Source of the DNA: Syntrophales bacterium
GTDB taxonomy: Bacteria > Desulfobacterota > Syntrophia > Syntrophales > UBA4778
Assembly (NCBI GenBank): GCA_963665615.2
Contig: CAXXQE010000001.1
Location: forward strand, 761,151 to 825,150
Direction: 5' to 3'
Length of the DNA: 64,000 nucleotides
The notes under the pieces were generated by a model. The model saw only the letters and a program-made list of their open reading frames with translations, made no database searches and was not told the origin of the DNA. Of this stretch, positions 10,538 to 21,807 are shown in pieces. The position numbers and the translations under genes were made by a program. The first letter of the stretch is position 1, and the number at the start of each line of letters is the position of its first letter.

Positions 10538-11128
10538 ATGCATTCTCAAGACCAGAACACGAAGGAAATCATTGAAAAAATACTAGCCATCGAACTTGAA
10601 ATGTTTTTGAACGTCCCGACAGCATATAAATATGGATGTCAGCAATATCCCGATAGTTTTAAACTACATCGCAGAGCGCAATTTACTTCTTGGTCTTTGC
10701 CTGTTCTTGAAAGCTATCTGCATGATCTAGAAAATATCAGAAATGCTGGGAAGAACATAATGACAATGAAATATGCTCGCATGGATAATTTAGTTGACGT
10801 TTTAAACAACAATCCTCTTATTGACATCATAACGGACCAATACTGTGCATGGCAATATGCAATGAAAGCAAAATACCCTGGTATAATTAATAAAGGTCGT
10901 TCTATTTCAAGTCAGGAAGACACTTCTTTCATGACATCTTTTGAAACTTATATGAGAAGCGAATTGGAAACATATTCTAATAATACATTAAGATTACTCT
11001 ATGAAGACATGCAGAAAAAGATCGCCCAGGGGATCAGTATGACAGAAGAAGTATATGAAAATCTTGTTCAACAATTAGGCTATCGATCTCTTGAGGATGC
11101 TGAAAAAAAAGCAGTAAGTCGAAAATAA
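10538..11128 (+). CDS. DUF4125 family protein
   Basis: ELEMFLNV...CQQYPDSFKLHRRAQF..WS...SYL.DL...KYARM...SFETYMRSELETYS...GYRSLEDAE pattern. Confidence 0.8.
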   Translation: MHSQDQNTKEIIEKILAIELEMFLNVPTAYKYGCQQYPDSFKLHRRAQFTSWSLPVLESYLHDLENIRNAGKNIMTMKYARMDNLVDVLNNNPLIDIITDQYCAWQYAMKAKYPGIINKGRSISSQEDTSFMTSFETYMRSELETYSNNTLRLLYEDMQKKIAQGISMTEEVYENLVQQLGYRSLEDAEKKAVSRK

Positions 11129-11168
11129 CAAAATATTTCTGCCACTCGAATATAGGGGAGAAAAGACA

Positions 11169-11840
11169 TTGAAAGAAGATACTGAGCAGGCAAAGCGTTT
11201 GGAGGAAAATGGGATAAATGAATTAAAGAAGTGCAATTACTTGGAAGCAGAAAAACTGATTTCAGAGGCGATAGCACTTTATGTACAATTTGGCAATTAT
11301 GAAAAAAAAATGCGTCTTTTACCAATTATAGGTCAAATCCAGTTTATTACCATGCGTAACGAAGAGGCGCTAAAAACTCAGGCAGATCTTTTATCCGTTT
11401 ATCAGGGAAGTGGCAACACACGAGCTCAGGCTCGGGCCTTCAATAATATAGGACTGATAAAGAGCCGCATGAAATGCTACCAGGAAGCCCTTGATAATTT
11501 TAAATATGCACGTGACATATTTAAAAATGAAAACGAAAAAGAGAGCGTTGGAGACCAGTGGGCGAATATTGGGTCTGTTTATCGTGATACTGAAAAATAT
11601 CAGGACGCCCTTGATAGCTATTTCGAGGCGTTGGCTCTATTTGAAGCAATCGGAAACCAGGAGAAGACGGCGGATCAATTTACGAATATTGCATATATTT
11701 ATTCTATGCAAGGTAACTTTGAGAAAGCGTTGCACTGGTATGGTTTAGCCCATCCCCTGTACAGTGCCTCCCAAAATAGCGAGAAGGCTGAAATTGCCAA
11801 AGAGAACATTGCTAATATTGAATCACTGCTCAAAGGATGA
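11169..11840 (+). CDS. Tetratricopeptide repeat protein
   Basis: Repeated NNIGLI / ANIGSVY / TNIAYIY ... YQEAL / YQDAL / FEKAL TPR units; TTG start after GGGGAG. Confidence 0.85.
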   Translation: MKEDTEQAKRLEENGINELKKCNYLEAEKLISEAIALYVQFGNYEKKMRLLPIIGQIQFITMRNEEALKTQADLLSVYQGSGNTRAQARAFNNIGLIKSRMKCYQEALDNFKYARDIFKNENEKESVGDQWANIGSVYRDTEKYQDALDSYFEALALFEAIGNQEKTADQFTNIAYIYSMQGNFEKALHWYGLAHPLYSASQNSEKAEIAKENIANIESLLKG

Positions 11841-11882
11841 ACGAACACATCCAATTCAGACTCAGACCGATGGAGCTGACGG

Positions 11883-12812
11883 ATGAAGGGTATTGATCTC
11901 TCGCGAGAATACTACGAAGAATACGGCAAGGCAATGATCCGTAATGGTTTCAGTGCATATGAAAACCGTATTGCAGTGGGCTGCGTCGGTCCAGGATCAG
12001 AATGTTTCGGATTTGATGATGATATATCAAGGGATCATGATTGGGGACCGGGTTTCTGTCTTTGGCTTACGAGTGAAGATTATGCGGTCATTGGCCATGA
12101 CCTTCAGAAAGCTTACGATCAGTTACCAACAGTATTCAAGGGGTATGGTCCTAGGATCGTAAGCGAGGGTGAAGCCCACCGGATGGGGGTTAGTGAGGTG
12201 CGCTCATTTTATTTGCGATATACCGGCCTCGATCATCCACCGACTGGCAACTCCGAATGGATACGGATACCAGAACAGGCTCTTGCCACAGTAACGAATG
12301 GGGTGATCTTCTCAGATCCGCTCGGAGAATTTTCTGCATGGCGAGAAAAACTTCTCCTCTATTATCCGGAGGACATTAGGCTGCAAAAAATAGCTTCATC
12401 TTGCTTTATGATGGCCCAGACCGGGCAGTATAATTTGGGTCGCTCACTCAAAAGAGAAGAATATTTTGCGGTGGATTATTCCGAAGCAATGTTTTGCTAT
12501 GAGGCAATATCCGTTGTTTTCCTGCTCAATCGGAGATACGCCCCATTTTATAAATGGATGCACAAAGGGTTGCAGGCGTTGCCCATTCTAGGGAAGTCTA
12601 TAGCCCAGATGATTAATGATTTATTGCGTGCAGATTTGAAGGAAAAAGAGGCAAGGATTGAGGCCATCTCCAGTCTTCTCATCACAGAACTCAAAAATGA
12701 GGGGCTCAGTGACTCCTCAAGTGACTTTCTTCTGGACCATGCGTTTTCAGTGCATAGTCGCATCAGGGACGAAAAAATGCGCAAACAATTTCATGTTGTG
12801 AAAAATGCGTAA
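11883..12812 (+). CDS. DUF4037-domain protein (nucleotidyltransferase-like N-terminus)
   Basis: GPGSECFGFDDDISRDHDWGPGF, TNGVIFSD, AQTGQYN, YAPFYKW motifs. Confidence 0.82.
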   Translation: MKGIDLSREYYEEYGKAMIRNGFSAYENRIAVGCVGPGSECFGFDDDISRDHDWGPGFCLWLTSEDYAVIGHDLQKAYDQLPTVFKGYGPRIVSEGEAHRMGVSEVRSFYLRYTGLDHPPTGNSEWIRIPEQALATVTNGVIFSDPLGEFSAWREKLLLYYPEDIRLQKIASSCFMMAQTGQYNLGRSLKREEYFAVDYSEAMFCYEAISVVFLLNRRYAPFYKWMHKGLQALPILGKSIAQMINDLLRADLKEKEARIEAISSLLITELKNEGLSDSSSDFLLDHAFSVHSRIRDEKMRKQFHVVKNA

Positions 12813-13728
12813 AAATATACTGATTATTGGCGGCAGCTATTTTTTGGGGCGGGTATTTGTAGAAGAACTTATACAAGACCAGCAATGCTCAATATATGTT
12901 ATGAATCGGGGACGCGTTCCGCTTCGATTGCAGGACGTCCATGAGATTAAAGCAGATCGGCATTATGCGGACCAGGTGAGAACGAATTTACCTGACATTG
13001 AATGGGATGCAATTATAGATTTTTGTGCATATAAACCTCAAGACATTGAGATTATATTCTCTGCTCTTACTAAAGGATGCATAGGCCATTATATTTACGT
13101 CAGTACGGCATCTATATATAAAAAAACAAATGATCTGCCGATTAAAGAAACCGCTCAGAAGCTAGATGGTCCACAACCGGAACTGGGTATTGCGGCGGAT
13201 TACGCTTATAATAAATGGCTTACAGAACTTGCGCTTGAAAAGCAATGTCATGACAGGGGCATGCCATATACCTTCATTCGCCCTACTTTCATTTATGGCA
13301 AATACAACTATGCGCCGCGAGAGAGTTATTTTTTTGATCTCATTCAAAAAAAGGAAACAATTGTAGTGCCTGAAAATGGCTTGGCCCTCTTCTCTTTCGT
13401 ATCGGTCTGGGATGTCGCCCGTATACTGAACCGCTGCATCGGGAATAGAGACGTGTTTGATAGCGCATTCAATGTTGCAGGCGATGAACTAATTTCATAT
13501 GAACGGTTCATGGAGGTTCTGGAAGAAATAACCGCCATAAAACCTCTTATCCAACGTATGAGTGTTGATGAAATCAATAGGAAAGGGATACCATTACCAT
13601 TTCCGCTTGATGAACATCTTATCTACTCCGGGGCCAGCCTTCATGATGTGCTTCAATACGAATACACACCCTTCCTAGAAGGGATGCGTGAAACATATAA
13701 ATATTTCGTTACGCGCCAAATAAAATAA
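12805..13728 (+). CDS. NAD-dependent epimerase/dehydratase (atypical SDR)
   Basis: IGGSYFLG, NRG, YAYNK (YxxxK), RPTFIYG; start overlaps upstream stop. Confidence 0.88.
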   Translation: MRKNILIIGGSYFLGRVFVEELIQDQQCSIYVMNRGRVPLRLQDVHEIKADRHYADQVRTNLPDIEWDAIIDFCAYKPQDIEIIFSALTKGCIGHYIYVSTASIYKKTNDLPIKETAQKLDGPQPELGIAADYAYNKWLTELALEKQCHDRGMPYTFIRPTFIYGKYNYAPRESYFFDLIQKKETIVVPENGLALFSFVSVWDVARILNRCIGNRDVFDSAFNVAGDELISYERFMEVLEEITAIKPLIQRMSVDEINRKGIPLPFPLDEHLIYSGASLHDVLQYEYTPFLEGMRETYKYFVTRQIK

Positions 13729-13801
13729 ATGTAAAAGAAATACAATAAAGCCGTCAGTATTCTATGAATCATTATGAAATAAGAAAAATAAGTGAGGGAT
13801 T

Positions 13802-15232
13802 ATGAGTTCATTTGAAAAGTACAAAGAGCGACTACTGAAGATGCGGCCCAACATTTTTGTTGGCGGGGAAAAGATCGGGCGAAACGACCCGAGAGTTTTG
13901 GCCGGAATGGAAACGATTCGAGTCAGTTATGATGCGGAAGACGATCCCCGGTTCAAGGACCGAGCCATTATCAAGTCTTCGGTAACCGGGAAGGACATCA
14001 ATCTTTACACGCATGTTCCGCAGAGCACGGAAGATCTGCTGCAACGGCAGCAGTTGACGCGTGATTTATGCGGGCTTTGCGGCGGTTGTTTTCAGCGGTG
14101 CATGGCCAATGATACGATCAGCGCTATTTCTGTTGTGACAAAGGAGATGGATGATGATCTTGGGACCGAGTACCATCAGCGCTTTCTCAATTATCTGAAA
14201 TTCTATCAGGAGAACAATCTCTGCGGCAACGCCGGTCAGACCGATATCAAGGGTGATCGTTCGAAGCGGCCTTCCGAGCAGCAGGATCCGGATCTCTATT
14301 TAAGGGTTGTCGAAAAGAGAAAAGACGGAATTGTTGTTTGCGGCGCCAAGGCGCACAATACAATCGCGCCCTATGCGGATGAAGTCCTTGTTGTGCCGAC
14401 ACGCGCCATGACGAAAGACGATGCGGACTGGGCGGTTGCTTTTGCGATTCCCTCGGATGCGGAGGGGGTGTCCCTGCTCGCCAGGGCGACCCAGCCGCGG
14501 CCGCGCACCCATATCAAAGCGCCGTTCAACGAACGCGGCATGATGGATTCACTGACCGTCTTCGATCATGTGTTTGTGCCCTGGGAGCGTGTTTTCATGT
14601 GCGGCGAGTGGCAATATGCCGGCCGTCTTGCGCTCCTGTTTGCCAATTACCATCGTTTCAGCTACTGTGGCTGTAAACCGGCCATGACGGATGTCTTCAT
14701 GGGGGCGACGGCCATGGTTGCGGAATACAATGGCGTGGGCAATGCGCCTCACATCAAGGACGATCTGGCCAAGCTGATGGTGACGGCCGAATTGGTCTTT
14801 GCCGCCGGTATTGCTGCAGCCGTCAAGGGCACAAAAACATCTTCGGGTACTTTTGAACCGAACTTCATGTACAGCAACGCCGGGCGTTACCATGCCGGAG
14901 TCAACATCTATCACGAATACGACATTCTGTCGGCGACCGCAGGCGGCTGGCCGGCCACCATGCCGTATGAAGAAGACTTTTATAACAAGGATATCAAGGG
15001 TTTCCTTGAGAAATACAGCATGAGAAAACCCGGAGTCAGCGCTGAGGACCAGCACCGGTTGTTCCGGTTCATTTCAGATTTCTCGTGCTCGGCCTGGTCT
15101 GGGGTCTGGCAGTATGCGGGCGTTCACGGCGGCGGGTCTCCCATCATGGAGATGATCGGCATCCGCAGCAATTATGATCTGAAATCGAAAAAAGATCTGG
15201 TCAAACATCTCGCAGGCATTAAAGAGAAATAA
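13802..15232 (+). CDS. 4-hydroxybutyryl-CoA dehydratase / HpaB-family flavin-Fe-S protein (divergent)
   Basis: CFQRC, QTDIKGDRSKRPSEQQDPDLYLRVVEKRKDGIVV.GAKAH, HRFSYCGCK, HGGGSP. Confidence 0.88.
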   Translation: MSSFEKYKERLLKMRPNIFVGGEKIGRNDPRVLAGMETIRVSYDAEDDPRFKDRAIIKSSVTGKDINLYTHVPQSTEDLLQRQQLTRDLCGLCGGCFQRCMANDTISAISVVTKEMDDDLGTEYHQRFLNYLKFYQENNLCGNAGQTDIKGDRSKRPSEQQDPDLYLRVVEKRKDGIVVCGAKAHNTIAPYADEVLVVPTRAMTKDDADWAVAFAIPSDAEGVSLLARATQPRPRTHIKAPFNERGMMDSLTVFDHVFVPWERVFMCGEWQYAGRLALLFANYHRFSYCGCKPAMTDVFMGATAMVAEYNGVGNAPHIKDDLAKLMVTAELVFAAGIAAAVKGTKTSSGTFEPNFMYSNAGRYHAGVNIYHEYDILSATAGGWPATMPYEEDFYNKDIKGFLEKYSMRKPGVSAEDQHRLFRFISDFSCSAWSGVWQYAGVHGGGSPIMEMIGIRSNYDLKSKKDLVKHLAGIKEK

Positions 15233-15380
15233 GATGGAGAGATTTTTGAAGAATATATTCTATACATAGCAGTGCGGAACTAAGTTGAGATTTTCATTTA
15301 CTGATATGATTTTATCTTAATAGAAGATTCCCCAATCGGCGATATGAGGGGGAGATAATAGAAGAAAAGGAGATATTGAC

Positions 15381-16157
15381 ATGAGTGATTCAATTGAAAA
15401 TACTTTTTCACTTGCCGGTAAAACGGTCTTGATAACGGGTGGTTATAGGGGGATAGGCCTCGCCATTACAGAAATATTGGCTGCAGCGAAAGCGAACATC
15501 GTTATTGCCTCAAGAAATGGTGAAGCATGTCAGAAAGTGGCACGTGAGATGAGTGAACAGTATCAAATCGAAGCTGTTGGAATGAAGATGGATATATGCA
15601 GCACGGAGCAGGTTGATGAAACGATCAATGCTGTTGTACAAAGATTCGACAAACTGGATGTTCTTGTGAATAATTCCGGCGTTGACAGCAACCAAAAACT
15701 GTTTGTTAAAATGACGGATGAAGATGTGAATAAGATAATGGATACAAATTTTGGGGGGACTTTCAGAACGTCACGTGCCGCTGCCAGAGAAATGATGAAA
15801 CAGAAGAATGGAAAAATTATAAATGTAGCCTCGATCGCCGGAAAGATTGTAGTTGCCGGAATGGCGGAATATTGTGCAAGTAAAGCGGCGGTCAGGCATT
15901 TAACACGCTGCATGGCTGTAGAACTGGCTCCATACGGAATACAGGTGAATACTATATGTCCAGGGTTTTTCTATACAGATATGACGACGGAAGCTTTTTC
16001 TAATCCGGATATTGTCAATTCTTTGACAAAGAAGACGCCCATAAAACGAATCGGGAATGCGGATGAATTGAAGACAACAGCTCTGTATCTGGCAACATGT
16101 CCTCCCTTTGTTACGGGAACAGAAATATTTGTTGATGGGGGATATTCCCTTATTTAG
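15381..16157 (+). CDS. Short-chain dehydrogenase/reductase (FabG-like)
   Basis: TGGYRGIG, NNSG, YCASK, PGFFYT, VDGG. Confidence 0.93.
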   Translation: MSDSIENTFSLAGKTVLITGGYRGIGLAITEILAAAKANIVIASRNGEACQKVAREMSEQYQIEAVGMKMDICSTEQVDETINAVVQRFDKLDVLVNNSGVDSNQKLFVKMTDEDVNKIMDTNFGGTFRTSRAAAREMMKQKNGKIINVASIAGKIVVAGMAEYCASKAAVRHLTRCMAVELAPYGIQVNTICPGFFYTDMTTEAFSNPDIVNSLTKKTPIKRIGNADELKTTALYLATCPPFVTGTEIFVDGGYSLI

Positions 16158-16328
16158 TTGAAACAATTATTTGACTCAGTAAGACATAAATATGTAACAG
16201 GGCGAAAAGACAAGTAAGGAATAGTGCGATAGATTGCAGCGGTCTGCTAATTGACTGATGATATAAAACTCTCTGAATCACATATAGAATAAAAAAACAT
16301 TTAATTCTCATGAAAAGGAGATAGTTTA

Positions 16329-17513
16329 ATGGATTTTGAATTTAGTGATGAGCAGAGAATGATAGAAGCCAGTGTACACAAATGGGCCACGAGCTGGCTT
16401 GAGCCGCAGATGGAGCACGCTTACGAAGTCGATAAAATGCCCGATAACTTCTTTACGGAACTCGGCAACCTTGGATTCAATGGAGTTGCTTTCGAAGAAT
16501 TATATGGCGGCGCAGGTCTCGGCTATGTGGAAACCCTTCTGGTCTATGAGAATATCGGCCGGGTCAGTAATGCCCTGGCCATGACGTCGGGCGCGAGCCA
16601 GACCCTGTGTTTCGACAATTTCCGCCGTAACGCAACGGAAGAGCAGAAGATGACCTATCTTCCCAAGGCCTGCAACGGTGATTCAATCGGCTGTCTTGGA
16701 ATCACAGAGCCCAATGCCGGTTCCGATGCCATGAGCATGGCCACCAAGGCCGTCAAGAAAGGTGACAAATATATCGTTAACGGGAGCAAGATCTTCATTA
16801 CCAACGCGCCCGTTTCCGATTTCATGCTTTTTTATGCCAAGACCGATCCGGAGAAAGGGCCTCATGGAATTTCCACTTTCTTCTGCAATCCCCAAACAAC
16901 TAAAGGGGTCAGTATAGAAAAAATAAAAAAATGGGGCATGAGGACATCCCCGACGGGCTTGGTCACCTTCGATGACGTGGAATTGCCCGAGGAGAACCTG
17001 GTAGGGCAATTGAATAAAGGTGTCGCCGTTCTGACGAGCGGCCTGTGCACCGAGCGTATCACCTTAAGCGGATGCTCCCTGGGATCGCAGCGCGCCTGCC
17101 TGGAGCTTAGCCTGAAATACGCCAAGGAAAGGATCCAGTTCGGAAAGCCGATCGCCTCCTTCCAGTCGATCCAGGAAAAGCTGGCCGATATGTACACCGG
17201 CTATCTCTCCTCGAAGTGGATGGCATACAGCGCCGCTTCCTTCTGCGATTCGCTGACCAACAAGTCGGGCGGAAAAGGGACCGATCTTGACAGAATGGCT
17301 GCGGCTTCCCTTCTGTACTGCGGAAAAATGGGAACCAGGATCGCTGATGAAGCCGTTCAGATTCACGGCGGTTACGGCTATTGCCAGGAATATGCGGTTT
17401 CCCGTCACTACCTTGACCAGAAACTCTGGGACATAGGCGCCGGGACATCAGAGATCAGGCGCATGATCATCGCGCGGGAACTGATGCGGGATGATTTCAA
17501 GAGTGGAAGATAA
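16329..17513 (+). CDS. Acyl-CoA dehydrogenase (isovaleryl-CoA dehydrogenase-like)
   Basis: ITEPNAGSD, NGSKIFITN, KWGMR, ERITL (IVD-type catalytic Glu), QIHGGYGY, IGAGTSEI. Confidence 0.93.
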   Translation: MDFEFSDEQRMIEASVHKWATSWLEPQMEHAYEVDKMPDNFFTELGNLGFNGVAFEELYGGAGLGYVETLLVYENIGRVSNALAMTSGASQTLCFDNFRRNATEEQKMTYLPKACNGDSIGCLGITEPNAGSDAMSMATKAVKKGDKYIVNGSKIFITNAPVSDFMLFYAKTDPEKGPHGISTFFCNPQTTKGVSIEKIKKWGMRTSPTGLVTFDDVELPEENLVGQLNKGVAVLTSGLCTERITLSGCSLGSQRACLELSLKYAKERIQFGKPIASFQSIQEKLADMYTGYLSSKWMAYSAASFCDSLTNKSGGKGTDLDRMAAASLLYCGKMGTRIADEAVQIHGGYGYCQEYAVSRHYLDQKLWDIGAGTSEIRRMIIARELMRDDFKSGR

Positions 17514-17809
17514 ATATAAACAGCCTCGATCGCTCTATCCTCTCTATCGACTAAAGAATCGAAAGATCGTGATCGCTCATCACTGAATCCTTTCCCGGAG
17601 TCATTAGTCACATCATGCGCGTAAGCACATAGAAGATCTTATGCAATTGTGAAGGACCTTTTTATCAACAATTATTTTTTGAGCATAACCGCAAATTAAA
17701 TGCACGTTTAAAATAATAAACTGAGGGAAATAGCTCGGCTTCTCCCCTTGATAGATAAGCAGTAAAGTAAATCTATGATCACAGGATCAATTAGAAAGGT
17801 AAATTAAAT

Positions 17810-19060
17810 ATGAAAGAAGTCGTTATAGTATCTGCATGCCGTACGGCAATAGGCTCATTTGGTGGGGGGCTCAAGGATTCCCACGCGGTAGATCTTGCAA
17901 AAGTTGTTATGCAGGGCGCAGTCAAAAGGGCAGGCATTGAGCCCGGGCTCATTGATGATGTTCGTTTCGGAAACTGCTTTCCCCCTTATAATGCTATGAA
18001 TCTGACTCGGCTTGCAGCCCTTAAGGCGGGGATTCCTGATACAACGCTGGCGGTCACGATCAACCGGGTGTGCACGTCAGGCATGGAGGCAACTGTTTCC
18101 GGTATGGCCATGATCCAGGCCGGCATGGCGGATATTGTCCTCAGTGGTGGAACTGAACACATGTCGGGCGTTGCTTATGCGGCCCCCGGTGCCAGGTGGG
18201 GATGTCGTCTCCAGAACAGCACTTTGGACGATATGCTTACTGAAGGGCTGATGGCTGGCTCCAAACACTTCCCATGCTCGGAGGACGGTCCGTTGGCGGG
18301 CGCCATGCCTTATGATATGTTTAAGGGCAAACCTTACTCGATGGGCATTACGGCGGAACTTGTCGCGCAGAAATATAATATCTCCCGTGAAGAGATGGAC
18401 GCAGTTGCTTTGCGAAGCCATAACAATGTAGAGAGGGCTACCAGAGAAGGCGATTTTGTCGAGGAAATCGTTCCTGTTGAACTGCTTCAGAAAAAGGGAA
18501 AACCACCGAAAATATTTGATAAAGACGAGCATTTTAAACAGAATTGCACGATGGACGACCTTGCCACGCTCCCTCCGGCCTTTATCCCTAAAATCGGGAA
18601 AGTCACGGCAGGAAATGCATCAGGCATCAACGACGGCGCAAGCGCAACACTTATCATGTCTGCAGAAAAAGCAAAGGAACTTGGTCTCAAGCCGATCGCT
18701 AAAATCAAGGCCGTTGGCTTTGGTGGGTGTGATCCCGCGATCATGGGGATGAGCCCGGTTCCCGCCGTGAATAATCTGCTGAAGCGGTCTGGCCTCACGA
18801 TGACGGATTTTGAATTGATTGAACTGAATGAGGCCTTTGCAGCGCAGTATCTTGCCTGCGAACGGGAACTGGGGATTGATCGCAATATAACAAATATTAA
18901 TGGTTCCGGCATAGGTTTAGGGCATCCGGTTGGCTCGACAGGTAACCGGATTATCGTATCCCTCATCTATGCCATGAGGAAACATGGGAAAAACCTCGGG
19001 TTGGCAACAATGTGCGGCGGTGGCGGCGTCTCTATCGCATCAGCGATAGAACTTATCTGA
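17810..19060 (+). CDS. Acetyl-CoA C-acyltransferase (thiolase)
   Basis: NRVCTSG, TAGNASGINDGA, NEAFA, GHPVGSTG, CGGGG. Confidence 0.96.
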   Translation: MKEVVIVSACRTAIGSFGGGLKDSHAVDLAKVVMQGAVKRAGIEPGLIDDVRFGNCFPPYNAMNLTRLAALKAGIPDTTLAVTINRVCTSGMEATVSGMAMIQAGMADIVLSGGTEHMSGVAYAAPGARWGCRLQNSTLDDMLTEGLMAGSKHFPCSEDGPLAGAMPYDMFKGKPYSMGITAELVAQKYNISREEMDAVALRSHNNVERATREGDFVEEIVPVELLQKKGKPPKIFDKDEHFKQNCTMDDLATLPPAFIPKIGKVTAGNASGINDGASATLIMSAEKAKELGLKPIAKIKAVGFGGCDPAIMGMSPVPAVNNLLKRSGLTMTDFELIELNEAFAAQYLACERELGIDRNITNINGSGIGLGHPVGSTGNRIIVSLIYAMRKHGKNLGLATMCGGGGVSIASAIELI

Positions 19061-19161
19061 TTCCTGAAAAAGAGGACGTAAAGTCAACATAGTATCTGAA
19101 TAGTTAACCAAGCTGGGCGCAATTAAGTCTTGCAAGAGCAGGATTTATTTTATTCTGGTTG

Positions 19162-19198
19162 CTTGTACCATCTCTTATTTTATGAGAGGTGGTACAAG
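19162..19198 (+). terminator. Intergenic hairpin after thiolase
   Basis: CTTGTACCATCTCT ... AGAGGTGGTACAAG near-perfect inverted repeat. Confidence 0.45.
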
Positions 19199-19240
19199 AT
19201 TATTGACTAACAAAAACATCTCTAAATAGGAGGGGGCTAC

Positions 19241-19642
19241 GTGAGCACAGAAAATAATAAAGAAATTGTCGTGAATTTTTATACAACTTTTTTGTCGGAC
19301 AAGGCAGACCGAGCATTTGCAATGATGGATGAAAATGCGAGTTGGACTGTGATGGGAAAATCTGGCACTGAAGCACAACTTAACACAATGTCAAAAGCAC
19401 AGTTCATAGAATTGATCAAGGCTGTTGGTGCTTTATTTCCGAATGGGTTGCGAGCTACCATCAAAGGCATCACCGCGGAAGGTGATCGTGTTGCACTCGA
19501 ATCCGAGTCTTACGGTGAAACAACGAGTGGCAAAATTTACAACAACACATATCATACGCTATTTGAAATTCGTGATGGCAAGATTCAGGCTGTTCGTGAG
19601 TACTGTGATACCCTACATGTTCATGATGTGTTTGGAGGTTAA
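19241..19642 (+). CDS. SnoaL-like / NTF2-family protein
   Basis: TENNKEIV..F, AEGDRVALE, GKIYNNTY...IRDGKI..VREYCDT; GGAGGGGG RBS. Confidence 0.88.
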   Translation: MSTENNKEIVVNFYTTFLSDKADRAFAMMDENASWTVMGKSGTEAQLNTMSKAQFIELIKAVGALFPNGLRATIKGITAEGDRVALESESYGETTSGKIYNNTYHTLFEIRDGKIQAVREYCDTLHVHDVFGG

Positions 19643-20277
19643 ATCGCTCTTAGATAACTTCCAGGCGGCTTACCGCATTATTAAGCATCGACAATTGAGA
19701 GGTTTGCCAGCGGCTTCTGTGAGGTTCCGACCATGTGCCATTCTGCACGGAGAAGGTGCTCCAAGAGCCTCATCGTAGCCTTGAGGATAGGAGGCTCATT
19801 CTACCCAGTGAAGTGCTGACACATATGGCGTATTAATCGTCTCACAATAGATTTCACTTCGTCATTGTCGCGAAGGCTTGAATCCAGCGATTCCTTGATG
19901 CCCGCTCTAGAACGGCATGACAATACTATTCTCAGACAGTTAATAACTCAAACGCAGGGGCATACATGCTCCTGCTTGAGCCAACCGAGTTTTTCATCCT
20001 TGGAGCACTGTTTGCCCAAGGATGGGAATATATCCTCAAGATTGCGGCCATATTGCCGATTCTATCTGTAAAAGTGTGCTGGGGCAGATCTCCAGATCAT
20101 GGACTCTTTGGCGGCGGCGTTATTATGGTCGGTTATTATCCAAACCGCTAGATCTTAAATTCGCGTCCTACGTAACTATTACATTCAACAGATTTCTATT
20201 GTTGCAACTTTCAGACTGTTTAAAATTCCGCTGATGACCAATATATCAAATTGAGGATATTAGTAGAAGGAGGCATT

Positions 20278-21807
20278 ATGAAAATTGGAAGTATGCGATT
20301 AGGCGTGAAAATAGGTTTGGGGTTCGGAGTCGTTTTATTCCTAATGATCATAATGATCGTTATCGGCATTGTGCAACTGAATAATTTAAGCAGTGCCATA
20401 ACGGGCATCTATGATAGAGAAGATAAAAAAATTCAATTAGCCTCGGAATTAGTTGACCAGACGAATGCCTTATCGATCGCCTTACGCAGTTTAGTTTTGG
20501 TCGCGCCTGAGGCCAGACAGGATGTGAAGGTTTCAATCGATGAAGCAATGAAAGCCATTTCTGAAACGGCTGCAAAAATTAACCGTAATGCGTCCAACGA
20601 GGCAAAAACATATTTGGATTCTCTTACGACGACGCAGGAATCTTCGGATGGACTTATCAAGCATCTTTACAAGTGCCTATTTGAAGATAACGACCTTGAT
20701 GCGGCCCGACAGGCCGTTCAAGGATTCGATTCGTTCTCGCTGCGAATTGTTAAAGATGCCTATTCACTTGCCGGCGTCCAGAGAAAAGACATGGCGAAAA
20801 CTATTGCCGGCGCGCGGCATGATTATTTGATCAAAGCCGGAATTTGGATGATTATTTTGGGTGCCTTGGCCTTTGTTCTCGGTATGGTAATCGCCTATTT
20901 CCTGTCAAAGAGTATTGTCGGACCGATCAATCGTGTGGCTGCCGGGTTGATGGATGCAGCAGATCAGGTATCAGCGGCATCATCGCAGATTGCATCATCC
21001 AGCCAGACCCTGGCGCGGGACGCGTCTGAACAGGCCGCCGGCTTGGAAGAGACTTCCTCATCCATGGAAGAGATGGCGACCATGACCAAAAAGAATGCGG
21101 AATCCGCCAATCAGGCTAATGTGTTAATTCAGGGTAATAGAAAGGTCGTTGAAGAGACCGATCGGGCTATGGTGGAATTGCATACATTTATGAAAGACAT
21201 TGCCAAAGCCAGCGAGGAAACAGGAAGAATTATAAAGACAATTGATGAGATTGCTTTTCAGACCAATTTACTGGCTTTAAATGCGGCTGTAGAGGCCGCT
21301 CGGGCTGGCGCTTCTGGGGCGGGTTTTGCTGTGGTGGCGGATGAGGTGAGAAATCTGGCGAAACGCGCTGCGGATGCCGCTAAGAATACGGCTGAGTTGA
21401 TTGAGAATACCGTAAAGAAAACAAAGAACGGATTGGCACTGGTTGATAAAACCAGCCAGGCCTTTACGCAGGTTGCTGAAGGATCGAAGGAAGTTGCTGT
21501 GCTGGTTGAGCAGATTACATGTTCTTCAGATGAGCAGGCGAGGGGAATTGAACAAATCAATAAAGCTGTTACGGAGATGGATAAGATTGTGCAGCATAAT
21601 GCGGCCAATGCGGAGGAATCGGCTTCTGCTGCAGAAGAGATGACATCACAGGCCCAGCAAATGAAAAATTATGTCGAGGAATTGATAATGGTTATCGGTA
21701 GCCGAAGTGATGAGAACGGGGCGGGAGCGCAACAGGTTGAGACAGAAGGCCTGCTGCAGTTGGAAGAAAAGTTAGAGGAAAATGATCCAGGACATTATAT
21801 GCAGTAA
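20278..21807 (+). CDS. Methyl-accepting chemotaxis protein
   Basis: Two TM segments with a periplasmic domain between them; [38 protein letters not shown] signalling hairpin. Confidence 0.95.
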   Translation: MKIGSMRLGVKIGLGFGVVLFLMIIMIVIGIVQLNNLSSAITGIYDREDKKIQLASELVDQTNALSIALRSLVLVAPEARQDVKVSIDEAMKAISETAAKINRNASNEAKTYLDSLTTTQESSDGLIKHLYKCLFEDNDLDAARQAVQGFDSFSLRIVKDAYSLAGVQRKDMAKTIAGARHDYLIKAGIWMIILGALAFVLGMVIAYFLSKSIVGPINRVAAGLMDAADQVSAASSQIASSSQTLARDASEQAAGLEETSSSMEEMATMTKKNAESANQANVLIQGNRKVVEETDRAMVELHTFMKDIAKASEETGRIIKTIDEIAFQTNLLALNAAVEAARAGASGAGFAVVADEVRNLAKRAADAAKNTAELIENTVKKTKNGLALVDKTSQAFTQVAEGSKEVAVLVEQITCSSDEQARGIEQINKAVTEMDKIVQHNAANAEESASAAEEMTSQAQQMKNYVEELIMVIGSRSDENGAGAQQVETEGLLQLEEKLEENDPGHYMQ

